Shown: positions 41,055-51,832, counted from the first letter of the whole stretch. The stretch: 63,445 nt of DNA, filler included, from Deltaproteobacteria bacterium (GCA_030698575.1; 10 parts of 10 records of this genome joined end to end with filler, not necessarily neighbours in it); one strand, 5' to 3'. Numbers and translations: made by a program. The notes: generated by a model not told the origin, from the letters alone.

Positions 41055-42209
41055 ATGAATCGCAGGTCGTTTCTCAAGAGTGCGGGCGCTGTCACGGTGG
41101 TCGCCATGGCGGGCGGCGTGTGGCAGGCCTGCGGGAAGGGCGACGCGGGACCCGAGGGCGGCGTGGCGTTCGAGCCCTGGCGGAACTGGCAGGGAACTCC
41201 CGAAGAGGGGCCGCTCGCGCTTGTGCGCGCCGGCATTCTCGCGGCGAGCCCGCTGAACACGCAGCCCTGGATCTTCCACGTGACGGAGGATCGCATCGAC
41301 GTCTTCCTCGACACCGCGAGGCTGCTTCCCGCCACCGATCCCTTTCAGCGGCAGGCGCACATGGGCCTCGGCTGCGCGGTGGAGAACATGGTGGAAGCCG
41401 GAAGCCCGAACGGCTACCGGGTGCAGGTGACGCTGCCGGCGGCGGGCGACGCCGCCGCCGGAGCGGACAAGCAGGCACCCGTCGCCCGTCTCGATCTCGA
41501 GCGCGTGAGGCCTGGGTTGCCTGTATTTCTCCATCTGGTTTCCAAGCGCCACACGAACCGGGGGCCTTACGATCCCGCCCGGGCGATATCGGAGGAGTTC
41601 CCGCTCTCGATGAAGCTCGGGATGGAGACCTATCCGAGCATGGACCTCGTCTACCACCTGGAACCGCCTGCGCGGGATCGTCTCGGGAAGGGCCTCCTCG
41701 AGGTCACCGAGGCGCTTCTATCAGAGGATGAAGTTCTCCAGGAGATGATCCGCTGGTCCCGGCGGGACCCGGCCGCCGCGAACAAGTCCCGCGATGGCGT
41801 GATGCAGGGTGCCGCAGGCGGGTCAGGCGGCGATGCGCCGGAGGCCGTGGCGGAAGCGGCGCGCCGCGCCGCGAAAGAGCAGATTTCCTCGGCGGCGTGC
41901 CTGGGCGTTCTGGTCTCCAACAACCCCTACGATCGGCGCGAGGCCGTGGCGGCGGGGAGGCTCATGCAGCATTTCTACCTCTGGTCGACGAGTTTTGGCA
42001 TCGCGATGCAGCCGCTCTGCCAGCCCATCACCTTTCTGGACCGGGAGCGCGCGCGGAACGACGCACGCCCGCTGCCAGCCGATCTGACGTCGCTCCTGCC
42101 GCCGATCGGCTGGCAGCCGATGTTCGCGTTTCGCATGGGATACGCCCTGTCCCCCGCCGGACCGAGCCCCCGTCGGGGCCTCGAGGATGTCGTGAAGAAA
42201 GGGCTATAG
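41055..42209 (+). CDS. Tat-exported Acg-type nitroreductase family protein
   Basis: MNRRSFLK; AASPLNTQPW, GCAVEN, RHTNR, FRMGY..SPRR. Confidence 0.82.
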   Translation: MNRRSFLKSAGAVTVVAMAGGVWQACGKGDAGPEGGVAFEPWRNWQGTPEEGPLALVRAGILAASPLNTQPWIFHVTEDRIDVFLDTARLLPATDPFQRQAHMGLGCAVENMVEAGSPNGYRVQVTLPAAGDAAAGADKQAPVARLDLERVRPGLPVFLHLVSKRHTNRGPYDPARAISEEFPLSMKLGMETYPSMDLVYHLEPPARDRLGKGLLEVTEALLSEDEVLQEMIRWSRRDPAAANKSRDGVMQGAAGGSGGDAPEAVAEAARRAAKEQISSAACLGVLVSNNPYDRREAVAAGRLMQHFYLWSTSFGIAMQPLCQPITFLDRERARNDARPLPADLTSLLPPIGWQPMFAFRMGYALSPAGPSPRRGLEDVVKKGL

Positions 42210-42245
42210 AACGGAGCTGTCATTGAAGTTGGAGTAACGGGGGTA

Positions 42246-43502
42246 TTGCTTTTGCCCACCATCGCCCGCATCGAGTTGTTCCACGTTGCCATCCCGCTTC
42301 CGGCCCGGTTCTATCCGAGCTGGATCCCCGGCTTCCCACAGACCGAGAACCGATTCGACCTGGTCAAGATCACGACCGACGACGGCGTCGAGGGCTACAG
42401 CGCCGGGCCTGCGCTCGGGCGCGAGCGCGCGGGGCTGGGGGACCTCCTCGGCCCCTATCTCATCGGCGAGGGCGCGACCGACATCGCGCTCGTGCAGCAG
42501 CGCCTTCGCGAGATCTCCTATCTGGGCTGGCGCAACTGGTGGGTGGAGCCTGCTTTCTGGGACATCAAGGGGAAGATCGCGGGGAAGCCCGTTTACGAGC
42601 TGCTCGGCGGGAAGCCGTGCCGGGTGCCGCTCTACGCCTCCACAGGAGAGTTGAAGAATCCTGCAGCGCGCATCGAGGAGGCGGAGGCGCGCTACGCGGA
42701 GGGGTTCCGGGCCATCAAGCTCCGCGTGCACGATTTCGATCCGGCTGTGGACGAGCGGCATGTGATCGAGGTGGCCAAAGCCGTCGGCCACAAGATGAAG
42801 ATCGGCGTGGACGTGAACCAGGCCTGGCGCGTCGCCGTCATCGCCGACGCGCCGCTCTGGAATCTCGATCGCGCCAAGCGGTTCGCGGACGTCTGCGCCG
42901 AGGTGGGCGTGGCCTGGATCGAGGAGCCGCTCCCGATGGACGCCTACGACGATCTCACGGCGCTCACGGCCTACAGCCGGGTGCCCATCGCCGGCGGCGA
43001 GCTGCACACGCAGGGGCTCGCGGAGATCCGCATGATGATCGCGCGGCGCTGCTACCGCATCTTCCAGCCCGACGCCATCTTCTCCGGCGGCATCGCGCAG
43101 ACCATCGAGATTTCCCGGCTCTGCCGCGAGGCGGGCCTCCTATACACGCCGCACACCTGGACGAACGGAATCGGCTTTGCGGTGAACCTCCAGCTCATGG
43201 CGGCCAGCGGCTTCGCAGGGGAGAAGGAGCTGGAGTATCCGATCAATCCCCCCGGCTGGACCGTCGAGGCGCGCGACGGGATCCTCGAGTCTCCCTTCCG
43301 CCACGAGAAGGGCTCGCTCGAGATGCCCGCCGCGCCGGGCCTGGGGTTCACCATCGATCGGAAGGCGCTCCGCCGCCACGGGAAGCGCTTCTTCGTCATG
43401 GACAAGAAGCGGCTCGTCTGGTTCTCGCTGCGCAACCGCGGGCTCAAGGTCTCGATGGAGATGGACCGCGTCCGCAAGGCCCGGAAGGCTGCTGGCGATT
43501 AG
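42246..43502 (+). CDS. Mandelate racemase/muconate lactonizing enzyme family
   Basis: WDIKGK..GKPVYELLGG, DVNQ, WIEEP, GGE, QPD, PH. Confidence 0.9.
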   Translation: MLLPTIARIELFHVAIPLPARFYPSWIPGFPQTENRFDLVKITTDDGVEGYSAGPALGRERAGLGDLLGPYLIGEGATDIALVQQRLREISYLGWRNWWVEPAFWDIKGKIAGKPVYELLGGKPCRVPLYASTGELKNPAARIEEAEARYAEGFRAIKLRVHDFDPAVDERHVIEVAKAVGHKMKIGVDVNQAWRVAVIADAPLWNLDRAKRFADVCAEVGVAWIEEPLPMDAYDDLTALTAYSRVPIAGGELHTQGLAEIRMMIARRCYRIFQPDAIFSGGIAQTIEISRLCREAGLLYTPHTWTNGIGFAVNLQLMAASGFAGEKELEYPINPPGWTVEARDGILESPFRHEKGSLEMPAAPGLGFTIDRKALRRHGKRFFVMDKKRLVWFSLRNRGLKVSMEMDRVRKARKAAGD

Positions 43503-43684
43503 GCGAGGTGCTTCGCCGCCTCGGCGGGCTTGATGTCCTCGTAGCGCGTGAGCGCGTGGTAGAGATCGAGCACGACGCGATCGTCGCGCCTGATCTCCCG
43601 GACGGCGTCCGGCGACAGGCGCTCGCGCGCAAAGAGCGCCGCCACGATCGCCTTGCGGGCCAGGCCGCGCTCCGCCAGCTCCCA
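43499..43684 (-). CDS. Hypothetical protein, C-terminal fragment
   Basis: Open frame ...VVLDLYHALTRYEDIKPAEAAKHLA* converging on the neighbour's stop. Confidence 0.5.
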   Translation of the reverse strand, partial: WELAERGLARKAIVAALFARERLSPDAVREIRRDDRVVLDLYHALTRYEDIKPAEAAKHLA

Positions 43685-43784
43685 NNNNNNNNNNNNNNNN
43701 NNNNNNNNNNNNNNNNNNNNNNNNNNNNTTAATTAATTAANNNNNNNNNNNNNNNNNNNNNNNNNNNNNNNNNNNNNNNNNNNN

Positions 43785-44082
43785 CGATTTCCTTTACGTG
43801 CTGGACGAACCGACTACCGGTCTGCACATGGACGATGTGAGGAAGCTGCTTGCCGTGCTCGACCGGCTGGTGCGGGCCGGAAACACAGTCCTGGTCATCG
43901 AGCACAATCTGGACGTTATCCGGACCGCCGATCTCGTCATCGACCTCGGCCCGGAGGGGGGCGACGAGGGAGGCCGAATCGTCGCCGAGGGACCGCCCGA
44001 AGCCATCGCCCGCTGTGCATCCTCCCACACCGGAACCTGGCTCCGGACCACCGGCGGGGCCGGGGGAGGGGAGGAGGAGTGA
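43785..44082 (+). CDS. uvrA: Excinuclease ABC subunit A, C-terminus
   Basis: [32 protein letters not shown]. Confidence 0.93.
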
Positions 44083-44753
44083 GGGGCGGAGGGGTGGGGA
44101 AGCGCAATCCTGCCGTGCTGGCCGAGGGACAGCCGGAGCCCTTTCTCGAAGACCCGGGAGATCCCCCGGACTGGCGTCAGGAGTTCGGGCGCGGCGCACC
44201 TATCGAAGTGGACATCGGCTTCGGCAAGGGGGAGTACCTGCTGGCCCTCTGCGCGGGACACCCGGAGACCGACTACGTCGGCATCGACTATGATCGCGGG
44301 CGTGTTTGGAAACTCCGGGACAAGATCGTTCGCGGGAACTTACGCAACGTCCGCCTGGCCTGCGGCGACGCCGCTCTTCTCCTCCCCAGGATGTTCGTCC
44401 CCGGCGGCGTGAGGTCGTTCACCGTCAATTTCCCCGATCCCTGGCCCAAGCGGCGCCATCACAAGCGGCGATTCATCACCCGGAAGTTCGGAGAGCTCCT
44501 GGCGAGCCGGCTGGAGCCGGGCGGAACCCTGACTGTGGCCACGGACCACCGGCCCTATGCCGACGTGATCATCGGGGAGCTTTCCGCCGTGAAAGGCCTG
44601 GAGCCCGACTTCGGGCAGCCCGGTTTCGCCACCGCGCTTCCCGGTCGCATAGAGACACTCTACGAGCGGAAGTATCGCGAGATGGGGAGAACGAACCACT
44701 ACATGCGCTACCACGCCGCCGCCGGCTGCGGACGCGCTGATGATGCCAAATAG
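44079..44753 (+). CDS. trmB: tRNA (guanine-N7)-methyltransferase
   Basis: [32 protein letters not shown]. Confidence 0.92.
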   Translation: MRGGGVGKRNPAVLAEGQPEPFLEDPGDPPDWRQEFGRGAPIEVDIGFGKGEYLLALCAGHPETDYVGIDYDRGRVWKLRDKIVRGNLRNVRLACGDAALLLPRMFVPGGVRSFTVNFPDPWPKRRHHKRRFITRKFGELLASRLEPGGTLTVATDHRPYADVIIGELSAVKGLEPDFGQPGFATALPGRIETLYERKYREMGRTNHYMRYHAAAGCGRADDAK

Positions 44754-44993
44754 CCACAGGGGCGTTGTGATTAGTCCCCAGGATTTTTGAAGCGACGGGA
44801 GGATTTTCTTGACTTGCAGCATGAGAGGATATATCGACGAATGGTAGTTGTCGCGCGATTGCCTACCGGCCTGCTCCCATTGGGCCGCGCATCAGTCCTT
44901 TCAGTCAGAACTACCGCTGCCACCTAGAGAAACATCGGAACTCGCAGTGCAGGTCCAGGTTGAACATGCACCGGCCCGGGGGGGACGAGTTCG

Positions 44994-45182
44994 ATGAAGC
45001 TTGAATGCAGCTGGTGTCGGAAAGATCTGGGGACACGCGAGCCGGTATCGAATCTGGATACCACCCACGGCATGTGCCCCGGTTGCCTTCAGCTGCGCAT
45101 CTACCCATTCGTGAGGCAGGTGCGGATGACGCGGTCGAAGACCCCGAGGGGGACCGACCGGCGCCCGCTCGCAACCAGGTAG
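44994..45182 (+). CDS. Small Zn-finger-like hypothetical protein
   Basis: CSWC...THGMCPGC. Confidence 0.6.
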   Translation: MKLECSWCRKDLGTREPVSNLDTTHGMCPGCLQLRIYPFVRQVRMTRSKTPRGTDRRPLATR

Positions 45183-45195
45183 GCGCGGGGAGAGG

Positions 45196-45522
45196 TCAAG
45201 CGTTCCGTTTCCGGGCCTTCGCCGGCTTGGCGCTGGTGGAGGTTTTTGCGCGTGCGGTCATGAAGCGCTTGACCAGTGCTTTATCCTCCTTCGTCCCCGT
45301 CTTCTTCACGCGCGCCTGTATTCGCTCCCCAATCGCTCGCACCAGATCCCGCCGCTCGTCCCCATCCAGCTTGCGGAGCGCCGAGAACTCCTCGTTCGTC
45401 GTCTCGACCTTGAACTCCTCGGCCAGCCGGTCGTACTCCTCGCTTCCGAAACGATCGCCGAATCGGCCCTTCAGGTAGGCCTTTATCGCGGTCTTCAAGA
45501 GGGGGGCCATCAATCCTTGCAT
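45196..45522 (-). CDS. Hypothetical protein
   Basis: GGAGG RBS, charged helical sequence. Confidence 0.55.
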   Translation of the reverse strand: MQGLMAPLLKTAIKAYLKGRFGDRFGSEEYDRLAEEFKVETTNEEFSALRKLDGDERRDLVRAIGERIQARVKKTGTKEDKALVKRFMTARAKTSTSAKPAKARKRNA

Positions 45523-45610
45523 TTCTTCCTCCCGGTAGGGTTCGGGGCGGTCAGCGTCGTTTTCCTATCAAACCGTGACGGGGTGACGCAAGCGCGCCCG
45601 CGGAACGCGG

Positions 45611-45685
45611 GGCGGTCGCAGCCCTGGCGGTCGCAGCCCCGGGGGTCACAGGCCCGGGGGTCGCAGGCCCGGGGGTCACAGCCCT
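45611..45685. repeat. 15-bp tandem repeat x5 upstream of rlmN
   Basis: GG(C/G)GGTC(G/A)CAG(C/G)CC(C/T). Confidence 0.9.
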
Positions 45686-45709
45686 GGGAATCATGTATAT
45701 TTCAGCGCC

Positions 45710-46834
45710 ATGTCGACTACGCCCATGTCCACTTCAGTCAGCGACAGCGTGAGCAGCCGGATCTCGGCCGATCCCGGCGAGGCCCTGCGCCCGGCCATCA
45801 AGGATCAGGATCTCGCGGGACTCGAAGCGCGCTTCGAGCGCCAGGGCATCCCCGCCTTCCGGGCTCGCCAGATCTTTCGCTGGCTCTACGCCAAGTCGCC
45901 TGCCAGCTTCGATGAGATGACCAATCTCTCACGCGAGTTCCGCGTAGCCCTGGAGTGTGAATGGGATCTCCACGTCATGGAGGAGCGCCGATCTGAAACC
46001 TCCGGGGACGGAACGCGCAAATGGCTCTTCGCTCTGCGGGACGGCAACCTCATCGAGACGGTCCTCATTCCCGAGTACGGGAGGAACACCCTCTGCATCT
46101 CGACGCAGGTCGGGTGCGCGATGAAATGCAGCTTTTGCTTGACCGGCACGGAGGGCTTTGTTAGAAACCTCTCCACCGCCGAAATCCTGGATCAAATCTG
46201 CCAGGTCAAGAGGGGCGAGCCGGAGCGGAAGATCACCAACGTTGTCCTGATGGGCATGGGCGAGCCGCTCCTGAACTACGACGCCGTGATACGGGCCATT
46301 CGCGTCATGTCGGACAGTGCGGGGCTGGGGATCTCCTCGCGCAGGATAACCCTTTCGACGGTGGGCGTGCTGCCGAAGCTCCGCCGGCTGCTCGAGGACG
46401 TCAACGTTTCGATCGCGATTTCCCTCCACGCTGCGTCGAACGAGATACGCGGGCGCCTCGTTCCCCTGAACAAGAAATATCCAATCGAGGATCTCATCGG
46501 CGCCTGCCGTGAGTTGTCGCTTCCCGCACGGCGCCGGATAACGTTCGAGTACACGCTCATCGAAGGGGTCAACGACGCCCTTGAGGAAGCCGACCGCCTG
46601 GCCCGCCTCCTCCATGGCATTCCATCGAAGGTGAACCTGATTCCGCTGAACGAAAATCCGGGGCTGCCCTACCGCCGCCCGACGGAAACCAGGGTGGCGG
46701 AGTTCCAGTCAAGATTGCGTGTCCGGGGCGTTAACGCCGTGAGGCGCGCGACGCGGGGGGCGGACATCTCCGCCGCCTGCGGACAGCTGAAGGGGCGGCG
46801 GGAGACTGATCCGGTCGCCTCGGGATCGCACTGA
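45710..46834 (+). CDS. rlmN: 23S rRNA/tRNA m2A methyltransferase
   Basis: CISTQVGCAMKCSFC, MGMGEP, SLHA, AACGQL. Confidence 0.95.
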   Translation: MSTTPMSTSVSDSVSSRISADPGEALRPAIKDQDLAGLEARFERQGIPAFRARQIFRWLYAKSPASFDEMTNLSREFRVALECEWDLHVMEERRSETSGDGTRKWLFALRDGNLIETVLIPEYGRNTLCISTQVGCAMKCSFCLTGTEGFVRNLSTAEILDQICQVKRGEPERKITNVVLMGMGEPLLNYDAVIRAIRVMSDSAGLGISSRRITLSTVGVLPKLRRLLEDVNVSIAISLHAASNEIRGRLVPLNKKYPIEDLIGACRELSLPARRRITFEYTLIEGVNDALEEADRLARLLHGIPSKVNLIPLNENPGLPYRRPTETRVAEFQSRLRVRGVNAVRRATRGADISAACGQLKGRRETDPVASGSH

Positions 46835-46853
46835 TCGGCAGAGGGAGGGCAGC

Positions 46854-47291
46854 ATGGGAGAAGCACACGTGGCGGGGGGGAAGTCCGCGGTGAAGCCGAA
46901 TGCGGGGATGATCAAGGCGCAGGGGATCGATCACGTCTCTCTGTCTGTCGCCGACCTCGACCAGGGCATCAAATTTTACACGGAGCTTTTTGGCCTGAAG
47001 CTTCTCAGGAAGTTCGGCGACCCGCGCCAGGCCTACCTGGCCTGTGGCCGCAATCTGCTCGGCCTCGTGGAGGTGAAGGACTATCCCGGGCTCCTCAATA
47101 TCTCGAAGTCGCGGGCGCACATTTCGTTTTTTCTTTCGAAGAGTGAGTTTCAGAGGGCGGTCACCCTCCTCAAGGAAAGCGACGTGCGGGTGATCTACGG
47201 TCCCGAGCGATCCCGCGACGGCAAGCGAATGATCCTGCTCGACCCCGACGAGAACAAGATCGAGCTGACCAGTCCCCGCACCAAGATGTAG
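46854..47291 (+). CDS. VOC/glyoxalase family protein
   Basis: IDHVSLSV.DL...FYTELFG, DPDENKIEL. Confidence 0.85.
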   Translation: MGEAHVAGGKSAVKPNAGMIKAQGIDHVSLSVADLDQGIKFYTELFGLKLLRKFGDPRQAYLACGRNLLGLVEVKDYPGLLNISKSRAHISFFLSKSEFQRAVTLLKESDVRVIYGPERSRDGKRMILLDPDENKIELTSPRTKM

Positions 47292-47422
47292 AAGCGGCGC
47301 ATCGCGCCGGAGCGTCGGCGGACGTGAGTCGCGGGCATGATGAACGGGCATGATGAAAAGGATACGCCCCGGCCTCGCGGTCCGGGGCGTATTTTTTTCG
47401 ATGTGCATCCGGGGCCGATCGA

Positions 47423-47833
47423 TCAGTAGCCCCGGTTGTAGCGCCAGATCCACCGCTGGCTCGTCGGGTCCCACTCGTAGTAGCCCGGCGGAGGTGGCGG
47501 CGGGGGAGCGCCGGGGGGGCCGCTATAGGTCGGCGGCGGGTACGGGTAGCCGTACCCGGGAGGCGGCGCGGAGCGCTCATTCGACCGGCTTGCTTCGTCG
47601 ATGCCGCGGCCGATGACATTTCCTGCGACAGCGCCGACGCCTGCGCCTATGGCTGTTCCCTTCCCGGTGTTGCCCGACTGATTGCCGATTATCGCGCCGG
47701 TGCCTGCGCCCAGCGCCCCGCCGGCAACGGTGCCGGCGATTTCATGCTTCCCCGCCTTGGTGCATCCGGAGAGTCCCGCAAGTCCGAGCACCGAGAACAG
47801 GGCCAGCGTCCACGCAATGCGCGCGGTTTTCAT
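47423..47833 (-). CDS. Glycine-zipper lipoprotein
   Basis: LSGC lipobox; GxxxG repeats; Pro-rich tail. Confidence 0.8.
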   Translation of the reverse strand: MKTARIAWTLALFSVLGLAGLSGCTKAGKHEIAGTVAGGALGAGTGAIIGNQSGNTGKGTAIGAGVGAVAGNVIGRGIDEASRSNERSAPPPGYGYPYPPPTYSGPPGAPPPPPPPGYYEWDPTSQRWIWRYNRGY

Positions 47834-47893
47834 GGCTGACTGATCCTCCCTCGACTGTGGCCTCCCATGCGGCGGATCCCCCGAGAGGGGTGA

Positions 47894-48207
47894 TCAGCCG
47901 CCATGGCGGCGAGCATGGCGATTGCTGTTGCCATCGTGATCGCGCGTGTTGTCGTTCTTGTTGTTGTTCTTGTGATCCTGGTTCTTCATCTGCTTGTTAC
48001 CGTCGTGACGCCTGTCGAAGTTGTCATTGCGATCGTGCCGCGAGTCGGAGTCGCTCTGGCGCCAGTAGCCTGGGTGGCGATGCGAGGGGGTGCCATAGGT
48101 CGGGAAGCCGTTCTGGTTGTGTCGGACGGCATTGCGTCGATGCATGGGCTGATGCTTGAACCAGCCCCGATGGAGACCGGGATGGGCGACCTGCCCCCGG
48201 CGAACGC
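47894..48207 (-). CDS. Low-complexity hypothetical protein, C-terminal fragment
   Basis: Open frame to contig edge; HPGLHRGW then N/D/H/R-rich tail. Confidence 0.45.
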
Positions 48208-48307
48208 NNNNNNNNNNNNNNNNNNNNNNNNNNNNNNNNNNNNNNNNNNNNTTAATTAATTAANNNNNNNNNNNNNNNNNNNNNNNNNNNNNNNNNNNNN
48301 NNNNNNN

Positions 48308-49648
48308 CTTCCCCGTCTCGCCGGCGGCGAGCCGGCGAAAGTTCTCCAGCGCATCTGAAGCGCGGCCCTGCTTCCAGGCGATCCAGCCGAGCCGCCACCG
48401 CGCCTCCTGCACCTGCTCGGCGGTGCCCCGGCCGAGGACCTGCTGGTAGGCGCCAACCGCCTCATCGAGCCGTCCCCGATCCTCCAGCAGGAGCGCAAGC
48501 CGGTACCGCGATTCACGCGCCCACTCTGAGCGCCCGTAGCGCGAGATGATCCGGCGATGCATTTCGAGCGCCTCGTCGAAGCGCCCTTCCCGGGTGACGC
48601 TGCGCGCCTCCCAGTACATCGCCTCTTCTTCCGCGCCTCGCGATCGATAGTCGGTTCGAAGAGCGGCGAAGGCACGCGTCGCCTCGGGGTAACGCTTGAG
48701 TCTGAAGAGGCAATTCGCGGTTCGCTCCGCCAGGCGGTATCGCTCCGCGTTGTCCCGGGCCTCGCGCGCCAGGTCCCGGTAAGCCGCAAGCGCCTTCTCG
48801 TAGCTGTAGCGCGAGAAGAGAAGGCTGGCGCGTTCAGCGCGCGCCTGATAGGTGGTGTAGGGCGGCGACTGGCCCTCTCTTTTCAGGATGCTCGTGAAGC
48901 GCGCACCCGCCTCGTCGGCAGCGTTCGTCTCCGGGTAGCGGCTCCACAGATCGCGATACACGCGCACCGCCTGCACCATGCTTCCGGATTTCTCCTGGGC
49001 TTCCCCGAAGGCAAGGCGGGTTTCGGGCAAGAGGAGTTCATCAACACCCTCGCCGAGCGCCCGCGCGAGTGCTTTACGGGCTTCCGGGGGATTGCCCATT
49101 TTCAGGAAGGCAAGGCCGACGAGACGCGCGGCCTCGCCGCGCCAGACGCTGTTCAGGTAGTTCAGGCGAAGCTGCGAGAGGATCCGCACGCCGTCGGTGT
49201 CGTCGCCGGCGTCCAATGCCGCTTTCCCGGCGTAGTAGAGCGCGTGATCGCCGAGGACGGGGTACTCGCGGGCGGCCTGGAGCAGAATGTCCCGCGCGGG
49301 AGCGTACTGTTCGAGGGCGAGCCGGGACAGTCCCAGCATGTAGCGGGCGCGCCCCCGCGGAACCCCTTTCGGGCCCCGGGCGGCACGGCGGAAGGCGCGC
49401 ATCGCGGCGGTGAAGTCGTCCGCCTCATAGGCGTCGAGCCCTTCCTCCAGCGCTCGCCGGGATTGTTCGGCCGTGATGTTCGAGGGGGGGGGCAAAGGCG
49501 GCGCGGGAGGACCGAGGACCGCCGCCGGCGAGGATCCCTCCGGGGCCGAAACCGCCGAGCGGCACGCAGCAAGGAACACTGCGATCGCAAATACGGCCAC
49601 CAGGGATCCCAGGAGGGCGCGCCTTCGGCTGGAGCCGTGTGCAATCAT
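48308..49648 (-). CDS. TPR-repeat lipoprotein, probably Slt70-like lytic transglycosylase N-terminus (partial)
   Basis: LAAC lipobox; TPR-like repeats; catalytic domain not in the window. Confidence 0.7.
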
Positions 49649-49732
49649 CCGTCGGGTTCTCTCGATCCGCAGTGGTGGGGGTGAGGAAAGGCTCTTTAGC
49701 ACACCGAGACGGAGAATACCAAGATTTCAGCC

Positions 49733-49780
49733 GGCAGACATGCAGGCAAACATGTAGGCAAACATTAAGGCCAACATGGA
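49733..49780. repeat. Degenerate 12-bp tandem repeat x4 in divergent intergenic region
   Basis: GGCAGACATGCA GGCAAACATGTA GGCAAACATTAA GGCCAACATGGA. Confidence 0.75.
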
Positions 49781-49789
49781 GACGAGCCC

Positions 49790-51025
49790 TTGGCCCGCGC
49801 GGCCCTGAAAACCTTGTTGCTCATTACCGCCCTCCTCCTCGGTGGCGCGCCTCCGGCTTTTGCAGGGCCCGCCGGCAGCCCGAGGCTTGGCCTCTGGATC
49901 GAGTGCGAGGGCGCGCATCACACCCTGGACGATGCTGAACGAATTGCAGCCGCCGTCGACGCGGCAGGAGCGCTCGGCGCAACCGATCTTTTCGTTCAGG
50001 TCTACCGGAACGGGACCGCCTGGTTTCCCACGCGACTCGCCAGCGACGCCCCCTACGCGCGCGCCCGGGCGCGGGGCGTCGACCCGCTGGGTATGACCCT
50101 CCGCCTCGCCCATGCGCGGGGCCTTCGCGTTCACGCCTGGGTAAACGTGCTTCGTGTGGACTCCGGGGAACGCTCCGCGCTGGTCCGCGCGCTCGGGCCG
50201 GAGGCGGTGCTGGGCGACGAGACCGGCAGGCCCCTGACGGCCCCCGGTCCCTGGGGGAGTTCACAGAACGTCAAGCCCGACACGCCTGGCGCCTGGCTCG
50301 ACCCGGGATCGCCTGCCGTCGCGGAACGTCTCTCCGGAATTCTCGGGGATCTGTTGAAGGCCTATCCGGCACTCGACGGTCTCCACCTCGACTACCTTCG
50401 GTACCCGATGCCAATCTCAGCCGGCTCCAAATCCCGGGCGGAGGTGCGGGAGCTCGGGTGGACCGCGGCGTCCCGCGCGGCCTTTCTGGCGGCGACCAGG
50501 AAGGCGGGTGTCGAACCTTCCCGGCCGCGGTGGGACGCCTGGCGCCGCGATCGGCTGACAGCGCTGCTCCGCCGGCTCCGCGATGTTCTATCCTCAGATC
50601 AGAGGGAGCGCGTTCTTTCCGCCGCGGTAATTCCGGCCCCCCGCGAGGCCATCGATCGCGCGCTGCAGGACTGGCCCGCCTGGGGACGCGACGGGCTGCT
50701 CGACGTCATCGTGCCGATGAACTACACCGCTGATCCCCTGGCGTTCGACGCACTGGCACGAACCGACGTGGCGCGACGGGGACGTGCCGCGATGCTCATT
50801 GGCGTGGGCGCCTGGCGTTTCGCCGACGACGTTGCCGCGATCGCGCTTCGCGTTCACCTGGCCCGGGAGGCCGGCGCCCAGGGGGCTGTCCTGTTCTCCC
50901 ACGACAACCTCCGCTCCGAGACCGGTGCCTTCGATCGGCTTGGCGCCCTCCTCCGGGCCGAATTGAGAACGCCCGCCACTTCGATCCGACCCGCAACGAC
51001 CGACGAGGCTTTGCCTGCGCCCTGA
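49790..51025 (+). CDS. Glycosyl hydrolase-like 10 (YddW/DigH-like) protein
   Basis: FVQV, DPL..AHARGLRVHAW, WLDPG, DGLHLDYLRYP, QDW, PMNY. Confidence 0.85.
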   Translation: MARAALKTLLLITALLLGGAPPAFAGPAGSPRLGLWIECEGAHHTLDDAERIAAAVDAAGALGATDLFVQVYRNGTAWFPTRLASDAPYARARARGVDPLGMTLRLAHARGLRVHAWVNVLRVDSGERSALVRALGPEAVLGDETGRPLTAPGPWGSSQNVKPDTPGAWLDPGSPAVAERLSGILGDLLKAYPALDGLHLDYLRYPMPISAGSKSRAEVRELGWTAASRAAFLAATRKAGVEPSRPRWDAWRRDRLTALLRRLRDVLSSDQRERVLSAAVIPAPREAIDRALQDWPAWGRDGLLDVIVPMNYTADPLAFDALARTDVARRGRAAMLIGVGAWRFADDVAAIALRVHLAREAGAQGAVLFSHDNLRSETGAFDRLGALLRAELRTPATSIRPATTDEALPAP

Positions 51026-51041
51026 ACGCCGAGATGGTTAT

Positions 51042-51503
51042 TTAGGCGCAGAGTCTCGCGTGCTCGATCTTGATGCAACGCTCCTCGATCACCAGACGTC
51101 CCGCTGCCCGGGCACGGGTGGCCGCGCCGGGGTCGGCAACGCCGAGCTGGAACCAGATGACGGGCGCATCGATCGCGAGCGCGTCCTCAACCGACTCTGC
51201 AACAAATTCCTGTCGCCTGAACACATCGACGACGTCCACGCGGCCCAAAATCTCCCGTAGCGAAGCCACGACGCGCTCACCGAGCAATGACTTTCCCGCC
51301 AGATTTGGATTCACCGGAATGATCCGAAAGCCGGCCCGCTGCAGATAGGAGGCCACGTCGTGACTCGGGCGATTCGCGCGATCGGAAAGCCCGACCACGG
51401 CGATCGTCCTTGCACGACAGAGAACGAGGCGAAGCGCTTCATCCGTGAGCTTGCCGCTCACAGGCACGAGAACGGGGGGGATGGAATGATCTCCGGCGAC
51501 CAT
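51042..51503 (-). CDS. CoA-binding protein (YccU-like)
   Basis: TIAVVGLS..RPS, IPVNP, VDVFRR, WFQLG, RCIKIEH. Confidence 0.9.
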   Translation of the reverse strand: MVAGDHSIPPVLVPVSGKLTDEALRLVLCRARTIAVVGLSDRANRPSHDVASYLQRAGFRIIPVNPNLAGKSLLGERVVASLREILGRVDVVDVFRRQEFVAESVEDALAIDAPVIWFQLGVADPGAATRARAAGRLVIEERCIKIEHARLCA

Positions 51504-51790
51504 CAATCGAGAAGCTTTCTTGCGAGAGACTGGGGGCGGGTCCGCGAGGCACTCGGCGTGGCCGCGAGGCGGACACCGAAGAAGTAGCAGCACTGGTAGT
51601 GATCGAGGTCGTTGTTGAAAACGCGCTTCCTGCCATCGGTCCACTGCACACGGGCAAAGGCCGAGCCGCCCGGAAGGGTGCTCGTCATGAGTTCAACGAC
51701 GCGCCCCTCGCCCCAAGCGCGATTGCGCTCGTGGTAGACGGTGTCTCCCGCGCTCAGGAAGAGACGCTTGTTCTGCGACAGCTGTGGCAC
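51503..51790 (-). CDS. DUF3553-like small protein
   Basis: GDTVYH..WGEGRV; coupled to the CoA-binding gene. Confidence 0.6.
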   Translation of the reverse strand: MPQLSQNKRLFLSAGDTVYHERNRAWGEGRVVELMTSTLPGGSAFARVQWTDGRKRVFNNDLDHYQCCYFFGVRLAATPSASRTRPQSLARKLLD

Positions 51791-51832
51791 GGTTCACCCT
51801 TCGTCCGTCGGGCCGGAAGGAAGGCTTCAGCG

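Noticed and set aside
44809-44990. Possible riboswitch or leader RNA (GGTAGTT...AACTACC pairing after TTGACT)
   Set aside because: Only a 7-bp pairing and no recognisable family motif
45611-45685. Possible CRISPR array
   Set aside because: Units are 15 bp, contiguous and lack spacers; no cas genes seen in the window
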